Below, in pieces: positions 10,214 to 22,258 of a stretch of DNA of 64,000 nucleotides (position 1 is the stretch's first letter; each line of letters starts with the position of its first letter). Source of the stretch: an uncultured Planctomycetia bacterium. Its GTDB lineage: Bacteria; Omnitrophota; Gorgyraeia; VGKH01; JBHPFN01. The DNA lies in contig CAYOSQ010000001.1 of assembly GCA_964406665.1 (NCBI GenBank), positions 71,412 through 135,411 of the forward strand. The letters are read 5' to 3'. The notes below the pieces were generated by a model. That model had not been told where the DNA came from. It did no database searches and saw only the letters and a list, made by a program, of their open reading frames with translations. A program made the translations under genes and the position numbers.

Positions 10214-10221
10214 GGATAGTA

Positions 10222-10359
10222 TCAGACAGCTAGACGCGCGCGGCCTTTGCGACGTCGTCGTTTTAAAACTGCGCGGCCAGAAGCAGAGCGCATTTTCCGA
10301 CGGAAACCATGCGTGCGCTTACCTTTTTTCTTTGTAGGAGTAGTGAGTGTTTTCTTCAT
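10222..10359 (-). CDS. rpmH: 50S ribosomal protein L34
   Basis: Hand translation of the reverse strand gives MKKTLTTPTKKKGKRTHGFRRKMRSASGRAVLKRRRRKGRARLAV; not in the supplied ORF track because it is below the length cutoff. Confidence 0.85.
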   Translation of the reverse strand: MKKTLTTPTKKKGKRTHGFRRKMRSASGRAVLKRRRRKGRARLAV

Positions 10360-10631
10360 GGTTTCAGAATTATAACATAATGGCTGTTGAAGTCAAGTAA
10401 TTTTGGCAGATAAAAATCGCATTGCAAATATTGTTGTTATGAATAACTGTGTTTTATTTTTTTGCATAGATCTGTTTTGGCAAAAATTTTTCATAGCGGT
10501 TTTTTTCACCTAAATAATTTCCTTTTGAGAATTAATAGCTATCAAAAAATGAAGAGAAAAATTTCCTTGAAAAATGTTTTTTCTTTGTTATAATGGTAAC
10601 ACTTAATTACAAAACTGGCTGTGCATAACTT

Positions 10632-10640
10632 GTGAATAAT
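10632..10640 (-). promoter_or_regulatory. DnaA-box-like 9-mer (TTATTCACA on the minus strand) in the rpmH-dnaA intergenic region
   Basis: Matches TTATNCACA; the same 9-mer recurs at 12093..12101. Confidence 0.3.
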
Positions 10641-10714
10641 GTTAATAACCGATTTTCAGTTATAGTGTGTTTACGAATTGCATGTGTTTCTCGCCGAGAA
10701 AATAGAAAGTTGCC

Positions 10715-12061
10715 GTGGAATTAAAAGAATTAAAAACTTATTGGGAACAAGCTCAGGGCTTTATTAAAGATCATGTTGGCCAAGCTGCGTATGAGACTTG
10801 GTTCTCTTCAATCCAGGCCGTACCCGCAAGCCCTGACCAAATCTTCCTTGAGATGCCTGATGACTTTTTCAAAGAGTGGGTGGTTGAACACTATGAAAAA
10901 ATCATACAGGAGTCGCTTAATAATGTTTCCGCTGAGGTCATCAAACTTGCTTTTAGGGTTAATCCTGATGTGATAAAAAAAGATGCTGTTGTTAAAGAAG
11001 TATCTCTCACACCAAGATACCCAATTCAAAACAGAAGACCTGCAGCTAACTTAAATCCGCGTTTTTCTTTTGATAGTTTTGTTGTGGGGCCCAGCAATCG
11101 CTTTACCCATGCTGCCTGTCAAGCCGTGGCTGAATCGCCTGCGAAAGCTTACAATCCGCTATTTATCTACGGTAAAGTAGGCTTGGGCAAAACTCATCTT
11201 ATGCAGGCAGTGGTACAAAAAATACGACAAGGCAAACCCGACTTGACGAGCTGTTATATAACTTCTGAACGCTTTACAAACGAACTTATAAACGCGATTC
11301 AACACCACTCAACCGAAAAATTCCGTCATAAATATAGGGAAATCGATATCCTACTTATTGATGATATCCAATTTATCGCCGGGAAGGAAGCCACACAAGA
11401 AGAATTTTTTCATACTTTTAACGCACTATATGACAACCATAACCAAATCGTGCTTTCTTCTGATAGGCCGCCTAAAGAAATTCAACACATGGAAGAAAGG
11501 CTTGTTTCTCGGTTCGCCTGGGGGCTTATAACTGACATACAACCACCGGATTACGAAACCCGTGTAGCCATTCTAAGGAAAAAAATTGAGAGAGAGCCCG
11601 TTAAGGCTCCTGATGATGTTATAGAATTTATTGCTCAACAAATTCAATCTAATATTCGCGAACTAGAGGGTGCACTTATTCGCGTGGTGGCATACTCGTT
11701 GTTGGAGGAAAAAGAAATTTGTTTAAGTATGGCTCAGGACGTTCTTAAAGATCTAGTGCGAGAAACCAGGGTGAATATCTCGGTTGAGGTTATTCAAAAA
11801 AAGGTGGCGGAAACATTTAATATCTCCATAAATGAACTTAAAGCAAAAAAGAGGAATAAAAACATTGTATTACCTAGGCAAATTGCTATGTTTCTATCTA
11901 GAGAACTTACAAATCTATCTTTGCCGGAAATCGGCGAGTCTTTTGGTGGTAAAGACCACACAACAATTTTACATGCCTGGAATAAAATACAAAGGGTCAT
12001 CAAAGAAGATCGAGACCTAAAATCAACGGTTGATAGAATTGTTCAAGGGTTTAAACAATAA
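10715..12061 (+). CDS. dnaA: chromosomal replication initiator DnaA (GTG start)
   Basis: AAA+ Walker A GKVGLGKTHL, box VII, and a C-terminal DNA-binding domain. Confidence 0.95.
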   Translation: MELKELKTYWEQAQGFIKDHVGQAAYETWFSSIQAVPASPDQIFLEMPDDFFKEWVVEHYEKIIQESLNNVSAEVIKLAFRVNPDVIKKDAVVKEVSLTPRYPIQNRRPAANLNPRFSFDSFVVGPSNRFTHAACQAVAESPAKAYNPLFIYGKVGLGKTHLMQAVVQKIRQGKPDLTSCYITSERFTNELINAIQHHSTEKFRHKYREIDILLIDDIQFIAGKEATQEEFFHTFNALYDNHNQIVLSSDRPPKEIQHMEERLVSRFAWGLITDIQPPDYETRVAILRKKIEREPVKAPDDVIEFIAQQIQSNIRELEGALIRVVAYSLLEEKEICLSMAQDVLKDLVRETRVNISVEVIQKKVAETFNISINELKAKKRNKNIVLPRQIAMFLSRELTNLSLPEIGESFGGKDHTTILHAWNKIQRVIKEDRDLKSTVDRIVQGFKQ

Positions 12062-12206
12062 TACACAAGGTTATACATATATTATTCACAAGACGAATTA
12101 TTATATTATATTTAACTTAAAACACTTAGAAACATATTAACTTATAAACAAACACTATTATAACTATTACTATTTTTATGTTAATAAATATATATAAGGA
12201 GACTCA
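12062..12206 (+). promoter_or_regulatory. candidate oriC / DNA-unwinding region between dnaA and dnaN
   Basis: Extremely AT-rich 145-bp spacer containing TTATTCACA (12093..12101). Confidence 0.35.
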
Positions 12207-13289
12207 ATGAAAATTCAAATTGACAAAGGAGATTTATTAAAAGGTATCCAAACAGTACAAAACACAATATCTTCAAAAATAAGCCTACCCATTTTAAACA
12301 ATATACTTATAGAAACACAGGGTAAAAACTTACGGTTTATAGGTACTGATTTAGATGTTGGTATATCCTGTTTAGCACCTGTTAACATTTTAAGTGAGGG
12401 AGCGATAACTTTACCAGCAAAAAAAATAGGCGATATCATAAGAGAGCTACCAAATGGTGAGGTTACTGTTATTGTTAAAAAGAACAACATGGTTGACATA
12501 GAAAGCGGCAGCTGTAGATTTAAATTAATGGGGTTGCCAAAAGATGAATTTCCAAAACTACCTGAATTTAAAGATAAAGAGTCTATAAAAATACCCAGGG
12601 AAGACTTAAAAGAAATGTTAAACCTAACCTCCTTCGCTGTGTCACATGAAGAAACACGCTATATTTTAAACGGAATTTTACTAGAGGTGAAAAACGGTGT
12701 TTTAAGATTGGTTGCAACCGACGGAAGAAGGCTGGCTTTGGCAGAGAAAAAAATAGATGCAAAAAAAGAGATAAGTGTTATATTGCCGATAAAAGCTGTA
12801 CAAGAACTAGTGCGCAACATTGTAGATGAGGGACCGTTGTCGCTTGTTGTGAGTGGTACACAAGCATTGTTTGAGATGGATGATTTTTTAATGGTTTCTC
12901 GTTTGATTGAAGGAGAGTTTCCTAATTATAACCAAGTTATTCCCGAAGCTACGGAAAATAAGATTAAGGTTGGTCGCGGAGAATTTTTAGCTGCTATTAA
13001 AAGAGCCAATCTTTTGTCTACTCAAGATTCTCAAGCGGTAAAATTTGAAATCTTCAAAAATCGCGTAGTTGTTTCTAAGGTAACCCCAGATTTAGGAGAG
13101 TCTCGAGAAGATGTGGGTGTAGAGTATTCAGGAAAAGAATTTTTTGTGGGATTTAACCCACACTATTTAATAGATGTATTAAAAAATCTCAATCAAGAAA
13201 CCATTGAGCTTGAGGTTACTGAAGCTGATAAACCTGGTGTAGTTAGAGCCCCGGGATATTTGTATCTAGTACTTCCTATGAGGTTGTAG
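12207..13289 (+). CDS. dnaN: DNA polymerase III beta sliding clamp
   Basis: MKIQIDKGDLLKGIQTV... three-domain clamp; dnaA-dnaN synteny. Confidence 0.95.
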   Translation: MKIQIDKGDLLKGIQTVQNTISSKISLPILNNILIETQGKNLRFIGTDLDVGISCLAPVNILSEGAITLPAKKIGDIIRELPNGEVTVIVKKNNMVDIESGSCRFKLMGLPKDEFPKLPEFKDKESIKIPREDLKEMLNLTSFAVSHEETRYILNGILLEVKNGVLRLVATDGRRLALAEKKIDAKKEISVILPIKAVQELVRNIVDEGPLSLVVSGTQALFEMDDFLMVSRLIEGEFPNYNQVIPEATENKIKVGRGEFLAAIKRANLLSTQDSQAVKFEIFKNRVVVSKVTPDLGESREDVGVEYSGKEFFVGFNPHYLIDVLKNLNQETIELEVTEADKPGVVRAPGYLYLVLPMRL

Positions 13290-13290
13290 T

Positions 13291-16103
<2,813 letters not shown>

Positions 16104-16203
16104 CAGTTAAAAGAGAACAGCTGGTTTTTATAATTCTTGTTTTTAAAAATTTTTTGTGATACAATTTGCTCTTAAAACATTTTTATAGTATAAGGATATA
16201 ATA

Positions 16204-18654
16204 ATGAGAAATTTCCAATCTAAAGAAAAAATTATTCCTGTTGGCATAGAAGAGGAGATGAAGGCATCTTATCTTTCGTATGCTATGAGCGTTATTGTTG
16301 GGCGTGCTCTGCCTGACATCAGAGATGGCTTAAAACCTGTGCATCGGCGCATATTGTTTGCCATGCAGGATCTTCATCTGGAGCACAATAAACCTTATAA
16401 AAAAAGCGCTCGAATTGTTGGAGAAACTTTAGGTAAATATCATCCTCATGGAGACATGGCAGTTTATGATGCTTTGGTTAGAATGGTGCAGGAATTTTCT
16501 TTGCGTCATCCGTTGATTGATGGTCAGGGAAACTTTGGTTCTGTTGACGGAGATGCTCCTGCAGCCATGAGATATACTGAGGCACGGCTGGCGTCTATTG
16601 CTTCAGAGATGTTGGTAGACATTGATAAAAACACCGTCGATTTTACACCTAACTTTGATTCTTCTTTAAAAGAACCTTCTGTTTTGCCGGCGAGCCTGCC
16701 GAATCTTTTGCTAAATGGCTCAAGCGGAATCGCTGTTGGTATGGCAACAAATATTCCTTCACACAACTTGGGCGAATTAGTTGACGGCATTACATATCTT
16801 GTTGATAATCCTGAGACAGAAATAAAAGGTCTGATGCGCTATATAAAAGGTCCTGATTTTCCTACCGGTGGAATTATTTGTGGTAAGGGCGGGATTAAAT
16901 CTGCTTTTGAAACAGGACGTGGCAAACTTTCTATCCGGGGTAGAGCGAACATAGAACGTCAGAAAGGCACCAAAGATGCAATAATCGTTTCTGAGATTCC
17001 TTATCAGGTGAACAAGGCAACTCTTATTGAAAACATGGCTCGTCTTGTGCAGGAGAAAACCATCGACGGCATTACTGATATCCGCGACGAATCTGACAAG
17101 AATGGTATGCGTGTTGTTATAGAATTACGCAGAGACGTTGAGCCACAAATAATATTAAATCAGCTTTATAAGCATACTCAATTGGAAACTACGTTTGGTG
17201 TTATCATGCTTGCCCTTGCCGATGGTAGGCCTCATATTTTAAATCTGAAACAGATTTTAGTATATTACATAGATCATCGCAAAAATATCATTAGAAGAAG
17301 AACCAAGTTTGAGTTAGATAAAGCTGAGCGCAGAGCTCATATTTTAGAAGGTTTAAAGATAGCTCTTAAATTCATAGATAAAATAATCAAAACCATCAAG
17401 ACTTCTAAAAACACAGCTGCTGCCAAAGTTGCTTTAATGAAAAATTTTGATTTATCCGATGTGCAAGCTCAGGCAATCCTAGAGATGCAGCTGCAGCGTT
17501 TAACAGCTTTAGAGCGAGACAAAATTGATGCCGAATATAAAGAGTTGCTTAAGAAAATCGAACTGCTTAAAGCCATACTTGCTTCTGAGAAAAAGGTTGA
17601 GGGAATAATTAAAGAAGAGCTTATTGCTATTAAGAAAAAATATGCAGATGAGCGCCGCACGGAAATTATTGCAGAAGTTGAAGAGATTGAAATAGAAGAC
17701 TTAATTGCCGAGGAAGATATGGTAATTACGCTTAGCCACGCAGGATATATTAAACGTTTAGCAGTTAGCGCGTATCGTAAGCAAAAACGCGGCGGTAAAG
17801 GTGTAACTGCTATGGAAACCCGAGAACAGGATTTTGTGAAACATCTTTTTATTGCTTCTACCAAAGACTACCTCTTGATTTTTACCAACAAAGGCCGTGC
17901 TCTATGGCTTAAGGTATACGAGCTACCCATTGCTTCTCGTTCAGCAAAAGGTAAGGCGATAGTTAACCTTCTTCAGGTTGCTTCTGACGAAACAATAACC
18001 TCGGTTGTGGCTGTTAAGGAATTTTCTGAAGATCAATATTTAGTGCTTTGTACAAGAGCAGGGCTTATCAAAAAAACACAACTTTCCGCATTCTCTAATC
18101 CACGTAAGGCAGGTATTGCCGCGATTACCTTAGATAAAGATGATCGTTTGGTTGATGCGGCTCTTGCTGACGGAAAACGCGAGATTTTATTAGCAACTAA
18201 AGAAGGCCAGGCTATTCGTTTTCACGAAAAACATGTTCGCGAAATGGGTAGGCAAGCCAAAGGTGTACGAGCAATCAAGCTTGCTAAAAAAGATGAAGTT
18301 GTAGGCATGGAGGTTCTTCCTCAGGAAATTCATAAAATGGAGATGACCTTTTTAACAGTTACTTCAGGCGGTTTTGCTAAGCGCACAAATTTTGAAGAAT
18401 ATCGCTTGCAAACTCGCGGGGGCAAAGGTATTATTAATCTGAAAGTTACAAGCAAAAATGGCCACGTTGTGGGAGTAAAGGCTATACATAAAGAAGACGA
18501 AATTATGTCGGTTACGCAGCAGGGTATGATAGTGCGCTGTCCGGCAAAAGATGTTCGCGCAAGCGGAAGAAGTACACAAGGTGTGCGCCTGATCAATATG
18601 GGAAAGGGCGACATAGTTTCTTCAGTTACTAGAGTTGTTGCAAAAGAAGAGTAA
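16204..18654 (+). CDS. gyrA: DNA gyrase subunit A
   Basis: [23 protein letters not shown] and catalytic Tyr region; C-terminal beta-pinwheel repeats. Confidence 0.95.
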   Translation: MRNFQSKEKIIPVGIEEEMKASYLSYAMSVIVGRALPDIRDGLKPVHRRILFAMQDLHLEHNKPYKKSARIVGETLGKYHPHGDMAVYDALVRMVQEFSLRHPLIDGQGNFGSVDGDAPAAMRYTEARLASIASEMLVDIDKNTVDFTPNFDSSLKEPSVLPASLPNLLLNGSSGIAVGMATNIPSHNLGELVDGITYLVDNPETEIKGLMRYIKGPDFPTGGIICGKGGIKSAFETGRGKLSIRGRANIERQKGTKDAIIVSEIPYQVNKATLIENMARLVQEKTIDGITDIRDESDKNGMRVVIELRRDVEPQIILNQLYKHTQLETTFGVIMLALADGRPHILNLKQILVYYIDHRKNIIRRRTKFELDKAERRAHILEGLKIALKFIDKIIKTIKTSKNTAAAKVALMKNFDLSDVQAQAILEMQLQRLTALERDKIDAEYKELLKKIELLKAILASEKKVEGIIKEELIAIKKKYADERRTEIIAEVEEIEIEDLIAEEDMVITLSHAGYIKRLAVSAYRKQKRGGKGVTAMETREQDFVKHLFIASTKDYLLIFTNKGRALWLKVYELPIASRSAKGKAIVNLLQVASDETITSVVAVKEFSEDQYLVLCTRAGLIKKTQLSAFSNPRKAGIAAITLDKDDRLVDAALADGKREILLATKEGQAIRFHEKHVREMGRQAKGVRAIKLAKKDEVVGMEVLPQEIHKMEMTFLTVTSGGFAKRTNFEEYRLQTRGGKGIINLKVTSKNGHVVGVKAIHKEDEIMSVTQQGMIVRCPAKDVRASGRSTQGVRLINMGKGDIVSSVTRVVAKEE

Positions 18655-18658
18655 TTAC

Positions 18659-18733
18659 GACCCCATCGTCTAGTCTGGTCTAGGACACAAGCTTTTCAAG
18701 CTTGCGACCGGGGTTCAAATCCCCGTGGGGTCG
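18659..18733 (+). tRNA. tRNA-Glu (anticodon TTC)
   Basis: gaccccatcgtctagtctggtctaggacacaagcttTTCaagcttg...ggttcaaatccccgtggggtcg; anticodon loop ttTTCaa. Confidence 0.8.
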
Positions 18734-18843
18734 TAATTTTTTGTTTTGAAAGCGCTATCTCAAAAAGGCCTAATTCAGTGGCAAACTTACTATTAGCGTG
18801 ATATACTATAGGTGCGGAAGTAATACAATCGAATATAATAAAA

Positions 18844-18869
18844 GGGTCAAGAAATTGACCCTTTTTTTG
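18844..18869 (+). terminator. rho-independent terminator after gyrA-tRNA-Glu
   Basis: gggtcaa-gaaa-ttgaccc hairpin followed by TTTTTTT. Confidence 0.6.
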
Positions 18870-18974
18870 TTGCTCTTTTAATAACAGTTTTATCAGGAAT
18901 TTAAGTACTTGTAAATACATTAGTTAAGAGTATTAAGTGTAAAAACAACATTTTTTAACCGCGCCACAAATATC

Positions 18975-19003
18975 TTGACATAATAATAAGCAAGTAGTAA
19001 AAT
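18975..19003 (+). promoter_or_regulatory. sigma70-like promoter (TTGACA-17-TAAAAT) upstream of the secreted-protein cluster
   Basis: Consensus hexamers with 17-bp spacing, visible in the sequence. Confidence 0.4.
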
Positions 19004-19093
19004 AATCGCTAAGATTGACAACATGGATTTACCCAACTTCCTGAAAATTTTTATTAACAAAAGAAGTCGCTAGAAAAACTAGGACTTAAAGCC

Positions 19094-20509
19094 ATGGAAA
19101 GAAAGCCAAAAATCATATCTAAACACTCTTCAAAAGCATACCTATTATTTTTAATGGTCATAGGGGTTTGTTTTCTTTCTGCCAATACCTGCTTTGCTGC
19201 TTTCACTTTAAACGCTACTCCTTATGAAGGTGGATTCGACTTACGTTTTGGTTCTGTTGCAGGTGGGGCAAAGGCAAATAAGGAAGTTTCTATTAGCGTA
19301 ACAAGCGATATTGCAAAACAATATCGTGTAATTCAAACTTTTGCTCCTCTTACCAACTCAAAAGGTACAAAGCTGCCAACAAATTCTGTGAGAGTATATA
19401 CATTAAGAGGTTCTAATGCGGCAGGTACTTTGGGCTATGATGTTGAAAGCCCAATTTTTTTAGGCCCGATGGTTCTTTATACTTCTGCAAGCGCTGGCCG
19501 CAGCGATTCTTTTGTTGCAGTTTATTCTGTTGATGTGCCGGCAGATCAGGATCCTGGGCTGTATCGTGGCAGATTGATTTATAGTCTGGAGCCGATTGGA
19601 GCAGCTAACCAGGCACCAGTTATTAAAACACTAAATATATCTGTTGAAGTTGGATCATCTGCACAGCTTAAGGTCGAGACAATAACCGGCGGGAAGACAG
19701 TTATTTTAAAAACTTCCGCAAGTCAACAGGATTTATCACGAGACGTACGCATACAAGTAACTGGTTCTCTGGGCAATCGTTATCGTATTGTACAAAAACT
19801 GTCTAGGCCGATTACTAGTGCAACAGGAAAACAAATTGCCAAAGAGGGTGTATCTCTTTATGCACAAGGTGGAGAAAAAGGACAGCTTGGTATAAAAAAA
19901 CTCAGCTCTTTACCTGCAACGAATGTTATTTTATATACTTCTGACGAGCGCGGCAGCGCCGATGAAATCATTTTAACTTTTGCTTTGAATGATATCGATC
20001 AAGACGCCGGGATTTACCGTGGTGCATTAACATATACGATTGAAAGCTCTGTTCCTGTTAAGGGTGCAGGCATGACACAGATGTTGCCAATAGAAATTGA
20101 GGTGACTCCGTTGTTTAATCTTGTTGTTACAACAGATCATTCGGGCAGCATCGTTTTTAGAGATTTAAAACCGAACCAGCCTCCCAAGACAAGCGTATCT
20201 TATGTTGAGATCAAAACTAATTCTGATAAACCATATCAGGTAATGCAGACGGTTTCTGGTCTTTTAACTACCAAGGAAGGTAAAACAATTCCTGCGGGAT
20301 TTTTTAAATTGAAAACAACATCTGAAGAAAACAAAGATGGAATTAAATATCCTAAAGAGGCTGCTGTAGAGGATGGACAAATGGTTTTATTTACGTCGCG
20401 AGACGGAAAATCTGCGAAGCTGAAAGTTATTTATAAACTGGACATACCAAGAGACATCCATTCCGGTAACTATTCTACCGGAATTATATATTCTTTATTA
20501 GAGATGTAG
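19094..20509 (+). CDS. secreted protein with three tandem SCPU-like (spore coat U / Csu-type pilin-like) domains
   Basis: Signal peptide; three roughly 140-aa repeats each containing an xxYRVIQT-like motif and ending G(L/I)YRG.L.Y(S/T)(L/I)E. Confidence 0.45.
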   Translation: MERKPKIISKHSSKAYLLFLMVIGVCFLSANTCFAAFTLNATPYEGGFDLRFGSVAGGAKANKEVSISVTSDIAKQYRVIQTFAPLTNSKGTKLPTNSVRVYTLRGSNAAGTLGYDVESPIFLGPMVLYTSASAGRSDSFVAVYSVDVPADQDPGLYRGRLIYSLEPIGAANQAPVIKTLNISVEVGSSAQLKVETITGGKTVILKTSASQQDLSRDVRIQVTGSLGNRYRIVQKLSRPITSATGKQIAKEGVSLYAQGGEKGQLGIKKLSSLPATNVILYTSDERGSADEIILTFALNDIDQDAGIYRGALTYTIESSVPVKGAGMTQMLPIEIEVTPLFNLVVTTDHSGSIVFRDLKPNQPPKTSVSYVEIKTNSDKPYQVMQTVSGLLTTKEGKTIPAGFFKLKTTSEENKDGIKYPKEAAVEDGQMVLFTSRDGKSAKLKVIYKLDIPRDIHSGNYSTGIIYSLLEM

Positions 20510-20550
20510 ATGCCTTATTGTAAATCTGACAACGAGGAGGGGAATTACAA

Positions 20551-21171
20551 ATGATTAGAAAAGCAACCATTGCATTGCTAGCGGTATTGTTTTTAGGCAT
20601 GAGTTCAATGTGCTATGCCGACAATATTGTGAACGTAGATGTCAACGCTCAGATCCCCGATATGCTGGAGTTGAGTTCATGGATTAAGTATTTTATGGAC
20701 GAAAACCAAACTCCATTAGGTGATGCTGAAAGCTTTGACTTTGAGACACTGACACATACCCTAGAAGGAGGAGGAGAGGCCGGCGTATGGTTTTCGAGGA
20801 AATGGTTTACCATTTATCTCGTTGCTAATACTGGTGGCAGACGCTATCAGCTTAAGCAAACCTGTACTGGTGTAACCTCTGGTGGCAACGACATCAACAG
20901 CGCATTCGTTGTTACGCCTAATTATTCAGAATATGATGAATTAGGTGGTGTACCACAGGGTCCGATTCCTGGAACAATAGGTGTTCCAAATTTGGCTGTA
21001 TCAACAGACCATGTCCTTTATACAAGTGACACTGGTGGTTTAGCTCGTATAATCCAGGGTATTTACGCTATTCCTAACGAGAGCGAAGTAACTGGATATG
21101 AATCAATTAGTTTTGATACTCCACAGGGTGTTTACGGTGGTGAGGTAGTTCTTACAGCGGTGCTGTATTAA
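20551..21171 (+). CDS. secreted single-domain SCPU-like putative pilus subunit
   Basis: Signal peptide; RRYQLKQT and C-terminal GVYGGEVVLTAVLY, homologous to the repeats in the upstream gene. Confidence 0.4.
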   Translation: MIRKATIALLAVLFLGMSSMCYADNIVNVDVNAQIPDMLELSSWIKYFMDENQTPLGDAESFDFETLTHTLEGGGEAGVWFSRKWFTIYLVANTGGRRYQLKQTCTGVTSGGNDINSAFVVTPNYSEYDELGGVPQGPIPGTIGVPNLAVSTDHVLYTSDTGGLARIIQGIYAIPNESEVTGYESISFDTPQGVYGGEVVLTAVLY

Positions 21172-21176
21172 TATAT

Positions 21177-21360
21177 AGTTAAGGGGAAACAGTTGACCTC
21201 TTGCACAGCGCAGATCTTGTCTTTATAAGCTGCGATAGGCAAAACTTGTTGCCAGCTGAATAATAAATTCAAGAGAAAGCTTGTCATAATCTTTGATTGT
21301 TTGGTATAATATCATATAATATTTATCAAAGATTAAAAGGGGTCTGTGTTTCCCCTTAAC
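21177..21360. repeat. 15-bp perfect inverted repeats (agttaaggggaaaca / tgtttccccttaact) flanking a 154-bp segment that carries a TTGTCA-18-TATAAT promoter
   Basis: IR-L 21177..21191 and IR-R 21346..21360, visible in the sequence. Confidence 0.5.
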
Positions 21361-21391
21361 TATTATAAAGCACTAATTTATAAGGAGGCAA

Positions 21392-22237
21392 ATGAACATA
21401 AGGCATTTGTTGATGAAGAGAATCTGTCTATGGTTTTTAATTTGTGCTGCTTTGTGCTTGTTTGGTGTAGTTTATAATGCTGATGCAAGCACAGTCCGCC
21501 TGCAAAGACCAAAGGTTAGATTGAGCATTCCCTCCGGAAGTACTGAAAGCGGTTCAATTACAGTAGCTAATCCCTCGGATAAGAACGTAAATGTTAAAGC
21601 GTATCTCGAAGACTGGATATATACAGCCACACAAGATGGAATTAAAGATTTTGCTCCGCCAGGGACAACTCCTTTGTCGTGTGCGAAATGGATCAGCTTT
21701 TATCCTGCCGAATTTACTCTGCCGCCGTTTGGGTCTAGGGAAATATTTTTCGTGGTTAAAGTTCCCAAGGCAGTAGACGGTGGACATTATGCAGTATTAT
21801 TTTTTGAAACCGTTGTGGGATCAACTGTAGATGCTACCGGAGTCAATATTTTAATTAAAGGGCGCATTGGGTCATTATTTTATATAGAGGCAGGGGGCGT
21901 ACAAAAAGAAGCAACCATTACAGATATTTCTATTGCTAAAGCAGGTAAGGAAACTGCAATAGAAGCAGTTTTAAATAATATTGGCAACGTTGATATAACC
22001 GCCAACGGTTCTTTCAATATCATCGACAGCAAGGGCATGGTTTTTGCAAGAGGTAAGTTTAATGAGGTTTACACTTTTCCTGGAGATAAGGCGACCATAG
22101 CATCTGCTTGGTCTGCGAAAATTCCTGCAGGAGAGTATGATTTAATAATAACGTTGGACTTAGGCAATAAACCTTTAATATACGAAGCAAAGATTAATGT
22201 AAATGCTGCTGGCGAGGTACGCTATGTTGCCCCTTAA
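21392..22237 (+). CDS. PapD-like periplasmic pilus chaperone-like protein
   Basis: Signal peptide; VRLSIPSGSTESGSITVANPSDKNVNVKAYLEDW, ISFYPAEFTLPPFGSREIFFVV and VNILIKGRIGSLFYIE resemble the N-domain strands of chaperone-usher chaperones. Confidence 0.4.
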   Translation: MNIRHLLMKRICLWFLICAALCLFGVVYNADASTVRLQRPKVRLSIPSGSTESGSITVANPSDKNVNVKAYLEDWIYTATQDGIKDFAPPGTTPLSCAKWISFYPAEFTLPPFGSREIFFVVKVPKAVDGGHYAVLFFETVVGSTVDATGVNILIKGRIGSLFYIEAGGVQKEATITDISIAKAGKETAIEAVLNNIGNVDITANGSFNIIDSKGMVFARGKFNEVYTFPGDKATIASAWSAKIPAGEYDLIITLDLGNKPLIYEAKINVNAAGEVRYVAP

Positions 22238-22258
22238 GAATAGAAAAAAAAGGAGTTT

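Noticed and set aside
18696-18920. 74-aa minus-strand ORF
   Set aside because: It overlaps tRNA-Glu and the gyrA terminator and has no RBS; spurious.
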